A stretch of 64,000 nucleotides of DNA from Nitrospira sp. Its GTDB lineage: Bacteria > Nitrospirota > Nitrospiria > Nitrospirales > Nitrospiraceae. Shown piece by piece: positions 1 through 8,988 of the stretch (positions are counted from its first letter, which is position 1; the number at the start of each line of letters is the position of its first letter). The notes under the pieces are model-generated. The model was given only the letters and a program-made list of their open reading frames with translations. It had not been told where the DNA came from and ran no database searches. The stretch covers positions 10,277 through 74,276 of the forward strand of contig JAHBWR010000002.1 of NCBI GenBank assembly GCA_019636875.1. The letters run 5' to 3'. Position numbers and translations under genes: made by a program.

Positions 1-1323
1 CGACTTCAACTTGCGACGCAAGGGCTCCCGCACGGAGGAGGCGTCGGCTTTGAGATTTTCGACCGGACCTCGATCGGTATGTCGGAGTTTGTGCAAAAAC
101 TGAACTATCGTCGGGCGTTACAGGGGGAATTGGCGAGGACGATTGCCCAGATGCCGGAGGTGGAACGAGCTCGGGTTCATTTAGCCATCCCAGAACGGCG
201 GTTGTTTGCGAGTGAACAAGAAAAGGCTCGTGGATCCGTCATCCTCTCCCTGCGCAACGGACAACAGTTGAGCCAAGCACAGGTCCAGGGAGTCATTCAC
301 CTCGTCTCCAGCAGCGTAGAAGGGCTCCAGGCCCGGGATGTTACCGTCGTCGATGGGCATGGGCGGATGTTGTCGGCGACCATGACGGATGAGGCGGCTG
401 GTCTCAGCAACACGCAGCTCGATTATCAACGGAACATCGAAAAAGATGTGGAGACACGGATTCAAACGATGTTGGAGCGGATTGTCGGTCCGAATAAGGC
501 CGTCGTTCGTGTGTCCAGTGTCGTGGATTTTAGAAAAGTCGAGACGACGGAAGAACGCTATGACCCGAACAGCCAGGTGGTACGAAGCGAACAACGGGGG
601 CAAGAGAAAGCCAATGGTACGAATGGGGTCGGTGGCGGTGTGCCGGGTGTGCAGTCGAATGTTCCGCCGGGGACGGACCAAGAGCCCGCACAAACCAGTT
701 CAAACAGCAGCCAAACAAAAAATGAGACCGTGAACTATGAGATTAGCCGGACGGTGTCGAAAATCGTGGAGCCCGTCGGTGTCATCAAGCAATTATCGGT
801 TGCCGTTCTTGTCGACGGGATCTATGAGCCGGTGAAAGCCGGTGAGGGAGAAACCACGGATGCATCAGCCACAGCGAGAAAATACACACCACGGTCAGAA
901 GAGGATTTGAAACGGATCGAAGACATCGTCAAGAAAGCGATGGGGTTTTCAGCTGAACGCCAGGATCAAGCGCAGGTCGTCAATGTGCAATTCGGAACCG
1001 GCCCGGAGGAGGCGCAAGGCTTGGTGGCTGAAGCCGAGTCGGAAGGCCGCGCGGCGTGGCTTCCCTATCTTCGGTATGGCGTCGGAATCCTTCTGTTTGC
1101 GGTCATTTTCTTGTTCGTGGTTCGCCCGTTGCTGGCGATGTTGGGATCGACAACAGAACAAATGCAGTCCGAAGCCTCGGCGTCCGCCCTTCCCGGCAGT
1201 ACGGGAATGGCACAAGCCGCATTGGCCGATACCCCAGACCATGCCCAGATCATCGATATGGCACGAAAGAATCCTGACACGACGGCGGTGGTGGTGAAAC
1301 AGTGGCTCAAGAGTCCGACGTGA
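1..1323 (+). CDS. fliF: Flagellar MS-ring protein FliF (5'-truncated by window)
   Basis: Frame open from base 1 (RLQLATQGLPHGGGVGFEIFD), then YRRALQGELARTI, ARVHLAIP, GGVPGVQSN, ETVNYEI and a C-terminal TM segment; directly upstream of fliG. Confidence 0.97.
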   Translation, partial: RLQLATQGLPHGGGVGFEIFDRTSIGMSEFVQKLNYRRALQGELARTIAQMPEVERARVHLAIPERRLFASEQEKARGSVILSLRNGQQLSQAQVQGVIHLVSSSVEGLQARDVTVVDGHGRMLSATMTDEAAGLSNTQLDYQRNIEKDVETRIQTMLERIVGPNKAVVRVSSVVDFRKVETTEERYDPNSQVVRSEQRGQEKANGTNGVGGGVPGVQSNVPPGTDQEPAQTSSNSSQTKNETVNYEISRTVSKIVEPVGVIKQLSVAVLVDGIYEPVKAGEGETTDASATARKYTPRSEEDLKRIEDIVKKAMGFSAERQDQAQVVNVQFGTGPEEAQGLVAEAESEGRAAWLPYLRYGVGILLFAVIFLFVVRPLLAMLGSTTEQMQSEASASALPGSTGMAQAALADTPDHAQIIDMARKNPDTTAVVVKQWLKSPT

Positions 1324-1330
1324 TTTAGGC

Positions 1331-2323
1331 ATGGCGAAGAATCTGACGGGCGAACAGAAAGCAGCGATTCTTCTTCGCGCCATCGGTGAGGAGGCGGCTG
1401 CCCAAGTCATGAAACAACTTGATCCAAAGGAGATCAAGAAACTTGGAGGGTTCATGAGCGGGACGGCACAGATCTCTCGTGACGAGGAGGAAGCGGTCAT
1501 ATCAGATTTTCAGGCGGTGAGTGCGGCGGGTGGGGTTCAGTTTCAGGGGAAGGAGTTCATCAAGACGGTGCTGACGAAGGCACTCGGCCCCGATAAGGCG
1601 GCACGCATCATCGAATCCATGACGCAGAAAAGCTATCCAGGGCTGGAGGCTTTGAAATGGGTGGACGTGAAAACGCTTACGCAAATGCTGAAGGTTGAGC
1701 ATGCTCAAACCGTTGCGGTGGTACTTGCTCATTTAGAGAGCGATCAGGCCAGTCAGGTGTTGGCGGCCCTTCCGGAGGACATGCGAGGAGATGTGGCCCT
1801 TCGGTTGGCGACGATGGAAGAAGTGCAGCCCGACGTCTTAGAGGAACTGAGCGAGACCTTACAGGAAACGTTAGTGGCGGGGAAAGAGATGGGATCCCAG
1901 AGCGTCGGAGGGGCGGAGGTCATCGCCAATATCTTGATGCGAATGGATAAGACGAACGAGGGCGGCATCATGACCAGAATTTCTGAGAAAAGTCAGACCC
2001 TCGCCGATAATATCCGGGCGCTTATGTTTGTGTTTGATGACATGGTGAAGGTCGATGATCGCGGGATGCAAGAATTGATGAAGGAAATCAGCAAGGAAGA
2101 TCTGCCGGTCGCACTGCGCGGCGCGAATCCAGACGTGAAAGAGAAATTTTTCAAGAATATGTCCAGCCGTGCTGCAGAAATGTTGAAGGATGACATGGAG
2201 GCACGGGGACCGGTCAAAGTGTCCGATGTCGAGAAGGCACAACAGAATATTCTTAAGGTCTGTCGCAAGCTTGAAGACGAAGGGCGCATCGTCATCGCTG
2301 GCGTGGGAGAGGAGATGTTGTAG
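1331..2323 (+). CDS. fliG: Flagellar motor switch protein FliG
   Basis: LTGEQKAAILL, EHAQTVAVVL, GGAEVIANIL, MFVFDD and NMSSRAAEMLKDDME motifs. Confidence 0.97.
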   Translation: MAKNLTGEQKAAILLRAIGEEAAAQVMKQLDPKEIKKLGGFMSGTAQISRDEEEAVISDFQAVSAAGGVQFQGKEFIKTVLTKALGPDKAARIIESMTQKSYPGLEALKWVDVKTLTQMLKVEHAQTVAVVLAHLESDQASQVLAALPEDMRGDVALRLATMEEVQPDVLEELSETLQETLVAGKEMGSQSVGGAEVIANILMRMDKTNEGGIMTRISEKSQTLADNIRALMFVFDDMVKVDDRGMQELMKEISKEDLPVALRGANPDVKEKFFKNMSSRAAEMLKDDMEARGPVKVSDVEKAQQNILKVCRKLEDEGRIVIAGVGEEML

Positions 2324-3351
2324 TGAATGGTGCGGCGATGACCGCAGGGATGTTTCGTGAGCACGAGCTCGCTCAGCTGCAGGAGACGATCCTCATCGTT
2401 GATGATGAAGAGGGGATTCGTCATCTTTTTCTTGAGCTGTTCCGACCTGAACGCGTACCGGTGCGAGTCGCCGGATCCGGCCAAGAGGCGATTGCGATGG
2501 TGAAGCAGATGGCTCCAGCGCTCTTGATAGCCGACATCCTTCTGCCGGACCAAGACGGCATTGCGGTGCTGGAGGAAGCCCAGAAGATTGATAACCGGAT
2601 CATTGGCGTGGTGATGACGGGAGCCGCAACCGTTGAACTCGCCGTCCGGGCTATGAAAGCCGGTGCCATAGATTTTCTCATCAAACCGTTTCAGACCGAA
2701 CTTGTGGTAGGGACCGTGCGGCGGTTGCTGGAACTCCATCGGTTGCGGGCCGAGAACGCGGTGTTGAAACACGCGGCTGTCCGGTCTGGTGCGGTGCGAC
2801 TGCACAGTCTTCCGTTTCAAACGTTCGGGGAGAATGGCGGAACGGTGGAGGAGGATGACGACCAGGCTGAATATGAGCGAGGTCTTGCTGATGGACAGCG
2901 CCAGATGGAGGAAGAGCGCCGGCATGATCTGGTCGTATTGATCGAAGCAGCGCGTAAATTCGATGCAGCTCGGACCAACTTGCAGCGATCAGTCGAAGAT
3001 GAGGTGATTGCACTGTCCCTTCAGATCGTGTCCAAGATTCTGCATCAGGCGGCCGAGACGAGCCGTGAGCAAATTGTCATCCAGGTGAAAGAGGCACTGG
3101 GTGTAGTCGGAGAATCGGATACTGTGGTGATACAGGTGCACCCTCTCGATGCGGCCGTGATTGAGGCGGCTCGTACAGAGCTGACCAAGCAATCAGACAC
3201 TGAGGTGAAGCTGACCATCGAACCGGTGGCCTCGCTCCCACGGGGCAGTTGTCTGGTGCATACCAGCACGCGAGTAGCGGACGCGTCTCTCGACACGCAG
3301 CTGCTCCGCTTGGGCGATAGCTTAAGGAACCGAGCGTATCGTGAGTCTTAG
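2323..3351 (+). CDS. fliH: FliH fused to an N-terminal response-regulator receiver domain
   Basis: Between fliG and fliI. N-terminal REC (ILIVDD..ADILLPDQDG..VMTG..FLIKPF); C-terminal FliH (YERGLADG, VIQVHPLD, LPRGSCLV, DASLDTQL). GTG start overlaps the fliG stop; ATG at 2338 or 2350 also possible. Confidence 0.9.
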   Translation: MNGAAMTAGMFREHELAQLQETILIVDDEEGIRHLFLELFRPERVPVRVAGSGQEAIAMVKQMAPALLIADILLPDQDGIAVLEEAQKIDNRIIGVVMTGAATVELAVRAMKAGAIDFLIKPFQTELVVGTVRRLLELHRLRAENAVLKHAAVRSGAVRLHSLPFQTFGENGGTVEEDDDQAEYERGLADGQRQMEEERRHDLVVLIEAARKFDAARTNLQRSVEDEVIALSLQIVSKILHQAAETSREQIVIQVKEALGVVGESDTVVIQVHPLDAAVIEAARTELTKQSDTEVKLTIEPVASLPRGSCLVHTSTRVADASLDTQLLRLGDSLRNRAYRES

Positions 3352-4648
3352 CAGCCTCATCGAAGATGTCGGCCCCATCGAGGTGTCGGGGAAAGTCGCG
3401 CAAGCGGTGGGAATTGTCGTGGAAGGATATGGGCCCATGACGACGGTCGGAGAGCTGTGTCGGATTACCCGGGAAGTGGGAGATGGCCCCATCGCTGCAG
3501 AGGTGGTGGGATTCCGTGGAGATCGCGTGTTGTTGATGCCACTCGGAGAGATGCAGGGCATTGGCCCAGGAAGTCGAATTATCATGACTGGTCAGGTGGC
3601 CAATTTGGCGGTTGGGCCTGGCTTGTTGGGGCGTGTGCTCGATGGGTGTGGCACTCCTCTCGACGGCAAGGACTTGCCTGCCATGCATATCAGATATCCG
3701 CTTCATGCTGAGGCGCCGAATCCGTTGCAACGAGCACGCATTCATGCGCCTCTTGATCTCGGCGTTCGTGCGATCAACGGGTTTCTGACCTGTGGTCAAG
3801 GTCAAAAAATGGGAATCTTTTCCGGTTCCGGCGTCGGCAAAAGTGTGATGTTGGGCATGATCAGTCGCTACACACGAGCGGATGTGAACGTCATTGCCTT
3901 GATCGGGGAGCGAGGACGAGAGGTGAACGAGTTCTTGGAACGAGATCTCGGCCCCGAGGCGCTCGCGCGCTCCGTGGTGGTCGTGGCGACTTCCGATCAG
4001 GCACCGCTCATCCGACTCCGGGCTGCCTTGGTGGCAACGACGATCGCCGAGTATTTTCGTGACGTGGGGAAGCACGTCTTGTTGCTGATGGATTCGTTGA
4101 CACGATTGGCCTACAGCCAGAGAGAAGTCGGTCTCGCGATCGGGGAGCCTCCAGCAACGAAAGGGTATACTCCCTCCGTCTTTGCGTTCCTCCCGAAGCT
4201 TTTGGAACGTGTGGGGACGGGACCTGGTCCAGGTACCATCACTGGATTATACACGGTGCTCGTCGACGGCGATGATTTGAATGATCCGATTGCCGATACA
4301 GTTCGGTCGATCCTAGACGGTCATATCGTCCTGTCTCGTGCCCTGGCGGCCCGCAATCATTTTCCCGCCATCGATCTACTTCAGAGCACCAGTCGTGTCA
4401 TGCGAGATATCGTCAGCCGAGCACACTATGATGCGGCGAGGCGTCTTCTAGAATTGGTCGCCCGCTATCGGCAATCTGAGGACTTGGTGCTCCTCGGAGC
4501 CTATAAACCGGGGATGAATGCCAACCTTGATCGCGCTGTTGATGCTCAGGACGCGATCAACGGGTATTTGCGACAGGATATCGATCAGGGAGCAAGCTTT
4601 GCGTCGTCAGTGGAGCAACTCGAAGCGCTGGCCAAACACAAGGCATGA
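3341..4648 (+). CDS. fliI: Flagellar export ATPase FliI
   Basis: GSGVGKS Walker A, ALIGERGREV, LLMDSLTR, GEPPATKGYTPS, DGHIVLSR. Confidence 0.97.
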   Translation: MSLSSLIEDVGPIEVSGKVAQAVGIVVEGYGPMTTVGELCRITREVGDGPIAAEVVGFRGDRVLLMPLGEMQGIGPGSRIIMTGQVANLAVGPGLLGRVLDGCGTPLDGKDLPAMHIRYPLHAEAPNPLQRARIHAPLDLGVRAINGFLTCGQGQKMGIFSGSGVGKSVMLGMISRYTRADVNVIALIGERGREVNEFLERDLGPEALARSVVVVATSDQAPLIRLRAALVATTIAEYFRDVGKHVLLLMDSLTRLAYSQREVGLAIGEPPATKGYTPSVFAFLPKLLERVGTGPGPGTITGLYTVLVDGDDLNDPIADTVRSILDGHIVLSRALAARNHFPAIDLLQSTSRVMRDIVSRAHYDAARRLLELVARYRQSEDLVLLGAYKPGMNANLDRAVDAQDAINGYLRQDIDQGASFASSVEQLEALAKHKA

Positions 4649-5070
4649 GCCTCCACTCGTTACGAAAGCTGCGTGAACAGAGAGTCGAGGCCCTGATGAT
4701 GGAATTGGGCGAGATTGCTCAATCTCTTTCGCGCAACGAAGAACGGTATCGCCAAGTTGAGGCCGAGATGCAGACGGATACCGAGCGGTATAGGAAAGAT
4801 ATGCAGCAAGGGCTCACTATCGAGAGGCTGCTGGAGTGGGAGGCTCGCTTGGGTTCGCAAGAGGCGACCTTGCACCAGGTACACCGTGACATTGAGCAAG
4901 GCGCCTTGTTGTGGAGTCGTACCAACAGCCTCCTCGTCGAAGCGAGCCAGGAGTGCAAGGTGCTTGATCGTGTCCTTGAACGGCGCGAGGCCATCCATCG
5001 AGCTGAGGTAGCCCGTCAGGAGCAGCAGGCAACGGATGAGGCTGCCAGTCGTCGTTGTTCGTCACGATGA
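4645..5070 (+). CDS. fliJ: Flagellar export protein FliJ
   Basis: 141-aa coiled coil with ATGA overlap on fliI; C-terminal EQQATDE. Confidence 0.85.
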   Translation: MSLHSLRKLREQRVEALMMELGEIAQSLSRNEERYRQVEAEMQTDTERYRKDMQQGLTIERLLEWEARLGSQEATLHQVHRDIEQGALLWSRTNSLLVEASQECKVLDRVLERREAIHRAEVARQEQQATDEAASRRCSSR

Positions 5071-5843
5071 GGGTGTGGTTCATGAACTCATCTTCTCCCG
5101 TACACAGGACAGACCGGGTTCGGTTCACTCGTATGGGACATGATGGTTCAACTGCACGAGCCAATCGCCGTTCCCTTCTTTTAAGGTTGGCTGGTGGACT
5201 CATTGTATCGACCATCCTCCTCTGGGTCATGGTGCAACTAGGACAAGCCTCTTCTGAACAGAAAACTTCCAAGGCATCCCCGACAGCATCGCCGTCGTCC
5301 TCCCAGGATGTGGTGCCGCCTGATCAACATGGGGAACAGAAAGAAATAGCTGACCAGAACGATGCCACACTCTTAGCGCCTCCTAAGAGTCAGGGGCCTG
5401 CCATCGAGGTTCCGCGCGAAGTGCTGGAGATGCTGGAACAGCGCAAACGTGATCTGGACCGACGAGAAGAAACGATTCGTGAAAAGGAGGAACGGCTCAT
5501 GATCGTGCGTACCCAGATCGAGGAGCTGTTGGAGCAGAACGAAGCATTGGAAAAAAAGATTCAAAGTGCACAAGAGAAAAAAGAAGAACAGGCCTCGGTT
5601 AAGCAGGTCAAGGTCCAGGGTGAGAAAGAACGTCAGGTACAGGAGGAACGGATCAGGCTGGCAAAAATGTACGAGTCCATGCCGTCGGAAGATGCGGCGG
5701 CTCGGCTGGAGCATATGCCGGATCGGAAGGCGGTTGAAATCCTTCGATTAGTCAAATCGAAAACCGCAGGGTTGATACTCTCCCAGGTTAAAGCAGATCG
5801 AGCGGCGAAGCTCACCGAACAGTTATTGGCACAAGTGCCATAG
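5067..5843 (+). CDS. MotE/FlbB/YlxF-like flagellar protein (TM, coiled coil, MgtE-N-like C-terminus)
   Basis: LAKMYESMPSEDAAARLE..KTAGLILSQVKADRAAKLT; typical position after fliJ; ATG at 5067 overlaps the fliJ stop. Confidence 0.75.
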   Translation: MRVWFMNSSSPVHRTDRVRFTRMGHDGSTARANRRSLLLRLAGGLIVSTILLWVMVQLGQASSEQKTSKASPTASPSSSQDVVPPDQHGEQKEIADQNDATLLAPPKSQGPAIEVPREVLEMLEQRKRDLDRREETIREKEERLMIVRTQIEELLEQNEALEKKIQSAQEKKEEQASVKQVKVQGEKERQVQEERIRLAKMYESMPSEDAAARLEHMPDRKAVEILRLVKSKTAGLILSQVKADRAAKLTEQLLAQVP

Positions 5844-5871
5844 CACAGTCTCTTCACACCTTCCTACGGCT

Positions 5872-5976
5872 CCCTATCCTTCGGCTTGTCTTACGACAAG
5901 GCGATGGCATCCTCCTGAATGCGGACATCAGAGGGGCATTCAGCTTGGGGTCGCTCCTGGCCATGGCCGGATAGGG
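5872..5976. other. Intergenic multi-stem structured element
   Basis: CCCTATCC/GGATAGGG encloses CTTGTC-TTAC-GACAAG, ATGGC/GCCAT and CTGAATGC/GCATTCAG. Confidence 0.4.
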
Positions 5977-6086
5977 CAGAGGACTCCCGTCGTCGCACTG
6001 TCTTGTATCTTCTGCGAGAGTTAAATTATACTACGTAGGTCTTTCAGTCGCGGTAGCAAGTTCCTGGCTCTGGAAAGGGGTGTCTC

Positions 6087-6695
6087 ATGCATAAGGGTCG
6101 AGTGTTGCCCGTCCGCTCTCCGCAACTTGTGCTGGGTGTGGCAGCCTGTCACGTCTTCGCCTTGATTGTTGGGATAGGCGCCATTTCTCGCCCTGCACTA
6201 GCAGGACCACCTGTCCCCTTTAGCGCGAGTGGTACCATTTTGACGATTGATGCGGGGGATGTTCGCTCGGCCGGGCAGAGCGGACGATTCATCGTGAGGG
6301 ATCGACAGATTACCGGGACCCTCACAGGATCGATTGGAGGAACGGCTGGTGTCCCATTCGTCATCACCTATGATTCTAACGTGCCGCTTGCCACCCAGAC
6401 TGGGCGCATTCATGCTCGGTTGATTGCGGGCGTCTATGAAGCAAATATGACGATGGCCTCCAACGCAGGACCGACTCCGGTCGAGTGTGAGACTCCGGAT
6501 GGTGCGACGTGCATTGCGACGGGAGCTGGAAATTTCGTTCCGGGGCTTCTACTGAACGGGCGGATGAATTTCCTCAGTGGGGCGAAAGGTCAGGGCACGG
6601 TTAATGGGTGGCTGATTCCGATCCTTGACGAACAAGGGCATATCGTCAGCATTGCGGCCAGCCTTTTGAGTCTGAGTGGCCGGTGGATACCCTAA
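6087..6695 (+). CDS. Hypothetical exported beta-rich protein
   Basis: Signal-peptide-like N-terminus ending ALA-GPP; Gly/Thr-rich strands; Cys pair; purine-rich RBS (GGAAAGGGG). Confidence 0.6.
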   Translation: MHKGRVLPVRSPQLVLGVAACHVFALIVGIGAISRPALAGPPVPFSASGTILTIDAGDVRSAGQSGRFIVRDRQITGTLTGSIGGTAGVPFVITYDSNVPLATQTGRIHARLIAGVYEANMTMASNAGPTPVECETPDGATCIATGAGNFVPGLLLNGRMNFLSGAKGQGTVNGWLIPILDEQGHIVSIAASLLSLSGRWIP

Positions 6696-6748
6696 AGGTC
6701 AAGTTTCAGGACATTGACTAGGCACTGGTTGGTCGGTAGAGTTTTCCT

Positions 6749-7141
6749 ATGATACTGATCGTGATCATTGCGTTCTGGTTTGGGTATGGGGTTGCTCCGG
6801 TTCAGGCAACCCAAGCGGACGCGTTCGATCCGGACCAACCGTTCGAACAGATGTTGGGCACCGGGATTCTTCGTTCCTTGTTAAACCAGGCACTGGATCG
6901 TCTGGATGAGCATGTTGAAATTTCCGGCAATCTCAATCCCAATGAAACGAATGGTGATGAGGGGAAGCATCTGCGGTTCAAGTTCTATCCAGAAGGCAAG
7001 TCAATGTCAGACCAGCATTTCACGGCTGAAGGCTGGTTCCGCTCATCTCCCGAATCCGGCCAGCACGATTGGCATTTCAAGTTCAAACGGCCGGAGGAAC
7101 GCCCACAGAAATTGCTCCCGCAGTTGAAATCACCTCTGTAG
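6749..7141 (+). CDS. Hypothetical exported protein
   Basis: Hydrophobic N-terminus followed by a small soluble domain; fills the gap before the fliK promoter. Confidence 0.55.
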   Translation: MILIVIIAFWFGYGVAPVQATQADAFDPDQPFEQMLGTGILRSLLNQALDRLDEHVEISGNLNPNETNGDEGKHLRFKFYPEGKSMSDQHFTAEGWFRSSPESGQHDWHFKFKRPEERPQKLLPQLKSPL

Positions 7142-7174
7142 TCCATGAAAAGATAAGTCCTCATTGCGGGTGCA

Positions 7175-7296
7175 GGAAACTTTTGCCCACCACCGAATCA
7201 AGTTTTCCTTTCTCCTAAGAACGTCGTTGGCCTTGTCATCGTAAAAGCCAAGATATCAAAGGCTTTCCGATCAACCTACCTGGCATGGGGATTGTA
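7175..7296 (+). promoter_or_regulatory. Candidate sigma54 promoter of fliK-flgD-flgE with upstream activator-like and IHF-like sites
   Basis: TGGCATGGGGATTGTA at 7281-7296 (-12 GT instead of GC); TATCAAAGGCTTT at 7254-7266; GGAAACTTTTGCC at 7175-7187. Confidence 0.55.
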
Positions 7297-7332
7297 TTCC
7301 TCAGTGCCGGATCATCACGAGGGTCGACGTAG

Positions 7333-8967
7333 ATGCCAACCTTTGCCGCAGACATACTGTCCGTTTTCTCCGGTCCTACCGGAGATGGTGGTATACGAAA
7401 CGTCCGGGAAACCTCGCTCAACTCGGCCGAGAGTCGGAGGGGGTTTTCGGCGGTACTTCGTTCGGTTCGTGGTGAGGTCGGGAGAGCCACTGTGCGTGAA
7501 GCGGAAGATCCTCGACCAGCGAGCAACGCCGATGGCGGCTCCGTGGCGAAAGGAACGAAAGGGTCGCATCATTCTGCTCGCCTCGATACATCGGATAGCT
7601 CCTCTCAGACCACGGAGAAAGTCGATACAGCTCAGAGTGACGACAAGCCGGCTGATGAGACCCAAGTAGGCGCTGAATCCTCAGCCCGTCAGACGGATAG
7701 TGGGTCTGGTCTCCAGGATCAAGGAACTCTTCCGCTCTCAGGTCTGATGTTTGTTTCGAACCAGCTTCAAGTGATGGATGAGGCGCAGGTTCAGACACAG
7801 ACCGGGCCACATCTGCTTGGTGATGAAACGAGTGTGGATACGAGCTCAGTGCATCCGTTGATGTCCGACGAATCGAACGAACCCGTGGCCACCACTCCGG
7901 AGACGAATGGGAGCCATTTCTCTCTGAGTCGTATGGGTGGGATCTCAGATCCCTCTTTAACGCAACCCTTACACCGAGCTGACTCTTCCATACATGCCGG
8001 TGAGGGCGAGGGACCGGGTGTTGAAGGAAGGGCAGGCGAAGTGATCGAAGACGGTGGGAGGATTGCGGCCGATCTGAGTGGCCTTACACCTGTTCAGAAA
8101 AATACTATTCCTGCTGAACCGCTTCGCGTTCATGATCCAGGTATTCAACAGGTTCTTCAAGCCCATGTCCAGGGCGCCTCGCTGCAGGGAAGCGTCTTAG
8201 CGACGAAGGTCGAGACGGGGCAAGATGATGCAGAGCCAGCCGATCATTCTGTTTCCAGTCTGGCCGCTCGGCAGGGAGAGACAATCGGGGATCATCTTGT
8301 GGTCGGTGCAGGCAAGGAGCAGTCGTTTACACAGGGGCAACAGTTCGGGAGCGAAGGATCTGAGCAATTTGCTGAACGATGGTCAGGTCCCAACGGGAGA
8401 CAGATGGATACAGGTGAACCGAAGATCTCCCAGTCATTTCTCGTTGATCCGACGCTCGTAAATGGATCGGTAGCGGACTCGACCGTGTCGGGATCCTCAC
8501 GCCAGGCCAGCTCCCTTCCTGGAACTCCCACAGCGACATCGTTTGCCAGCCAAACTCCTTCAGGTTCAGGCGTAGAGGATACTGCTCGATTGGCAGGTAC
8601 GCCGGCGATGCGATCAGTCGTCGTCAACGTTACTCAACCCGACCTGGGGCACGTGAATATTCGCGTCGCCATGGCCAATGATGTCGTCCATACCCATTTT
8701 TCATCTGACCGGCTCGAAGTCGGGCAGTTCATCGTAAATGGTCAGGATCGCCTTCAGGCGGCATTGCAATCGAGCGGATTGGATATGGGGCAGTTCCGTG
8801 TCGACATTGATCGTCAGGGCGGAGGGCGGTCGTTTCAACAGGGCGGATCTCCGGATCATGGTCAGTCTTGGAGCCAGGGGTCGCATGGGATGGGACAGGA
8901 GTCCCGTCAAGATCAGCAGGACCCTACGCGTGGCCCACTGCCTGGTTTGTTGAATTTGGTCGCCTAA
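7333..8967 (+). CDS. fliK: Hook-length control protein FliK
   Basis: Long, low-complexity S/T/G/Q-rich N-terminus; C-terminal T3S4-like domain (QPDLGHVNIRV..LQAALQSSGL); upstream of flgD. Confidence 0.85.
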   Translation: MPTFAADILSVFSGPTGDGGIRNVRETSLNSAESRRGFSAVLRSVRGEVGRATVREAEDPRPASNADGGSVAKGTKGSHHSARLDTSDSSSQTTEKVDTAQSDDKPADETQVGAESSARQTDSGSGLQDQGTLPLSGLMFVSNQLQVMDEAQVQTQTGPHLLGDETSVDTSSVHPLMSDESNEPVATTPETNGSHFSLSRMGGISDPSLTQPLHRADSSIHAGEGEGPGVEGRAGEVIEDGGRIAADLSGLTPVQKNTIPAEPLRVHDPGIQQVLQAHVQGASLQGSVLATKVETGQDDAEPADHSVSSLAARQGETIGDHLVVGAGKEQSFTQGQQFGSEGSEQFAERWSGPNGRQMDTGEPKISQSFLVDPTLVNGSVADSTVSGSSRQASSLPGTPTATSFASQTPSGSGVEDTARLAGTPAMRSVVVNVTQPDLGHVNIRVAMANDVVHTHFSSDRLEVGQFIVNGQDRLQAALQSSGLDMGQFRVDIDRQGGGRSFQQGGSPDHGQSWSQGSHGMGQESRQDQQDPTRGPLPGLLNLVA

Positions 8968-8988
8968 GCAGGAAGGGAGCGTGTCGAC

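Noticed and set aside
3341-3400. Short FliI N-terminus as a co-adaptation to REC-FliH
   Set aside because: Length appears to be within the range of non-enteric FliI proteins
1993-4075. Long minus-strand ORFs (310 aa and 332 aa)
   Set aside because: Antisense shadows of fliG/fliH/fliI with no motifs; expected in GC-rich coding DNA. The same applies to most short overlapping ORFs in the track
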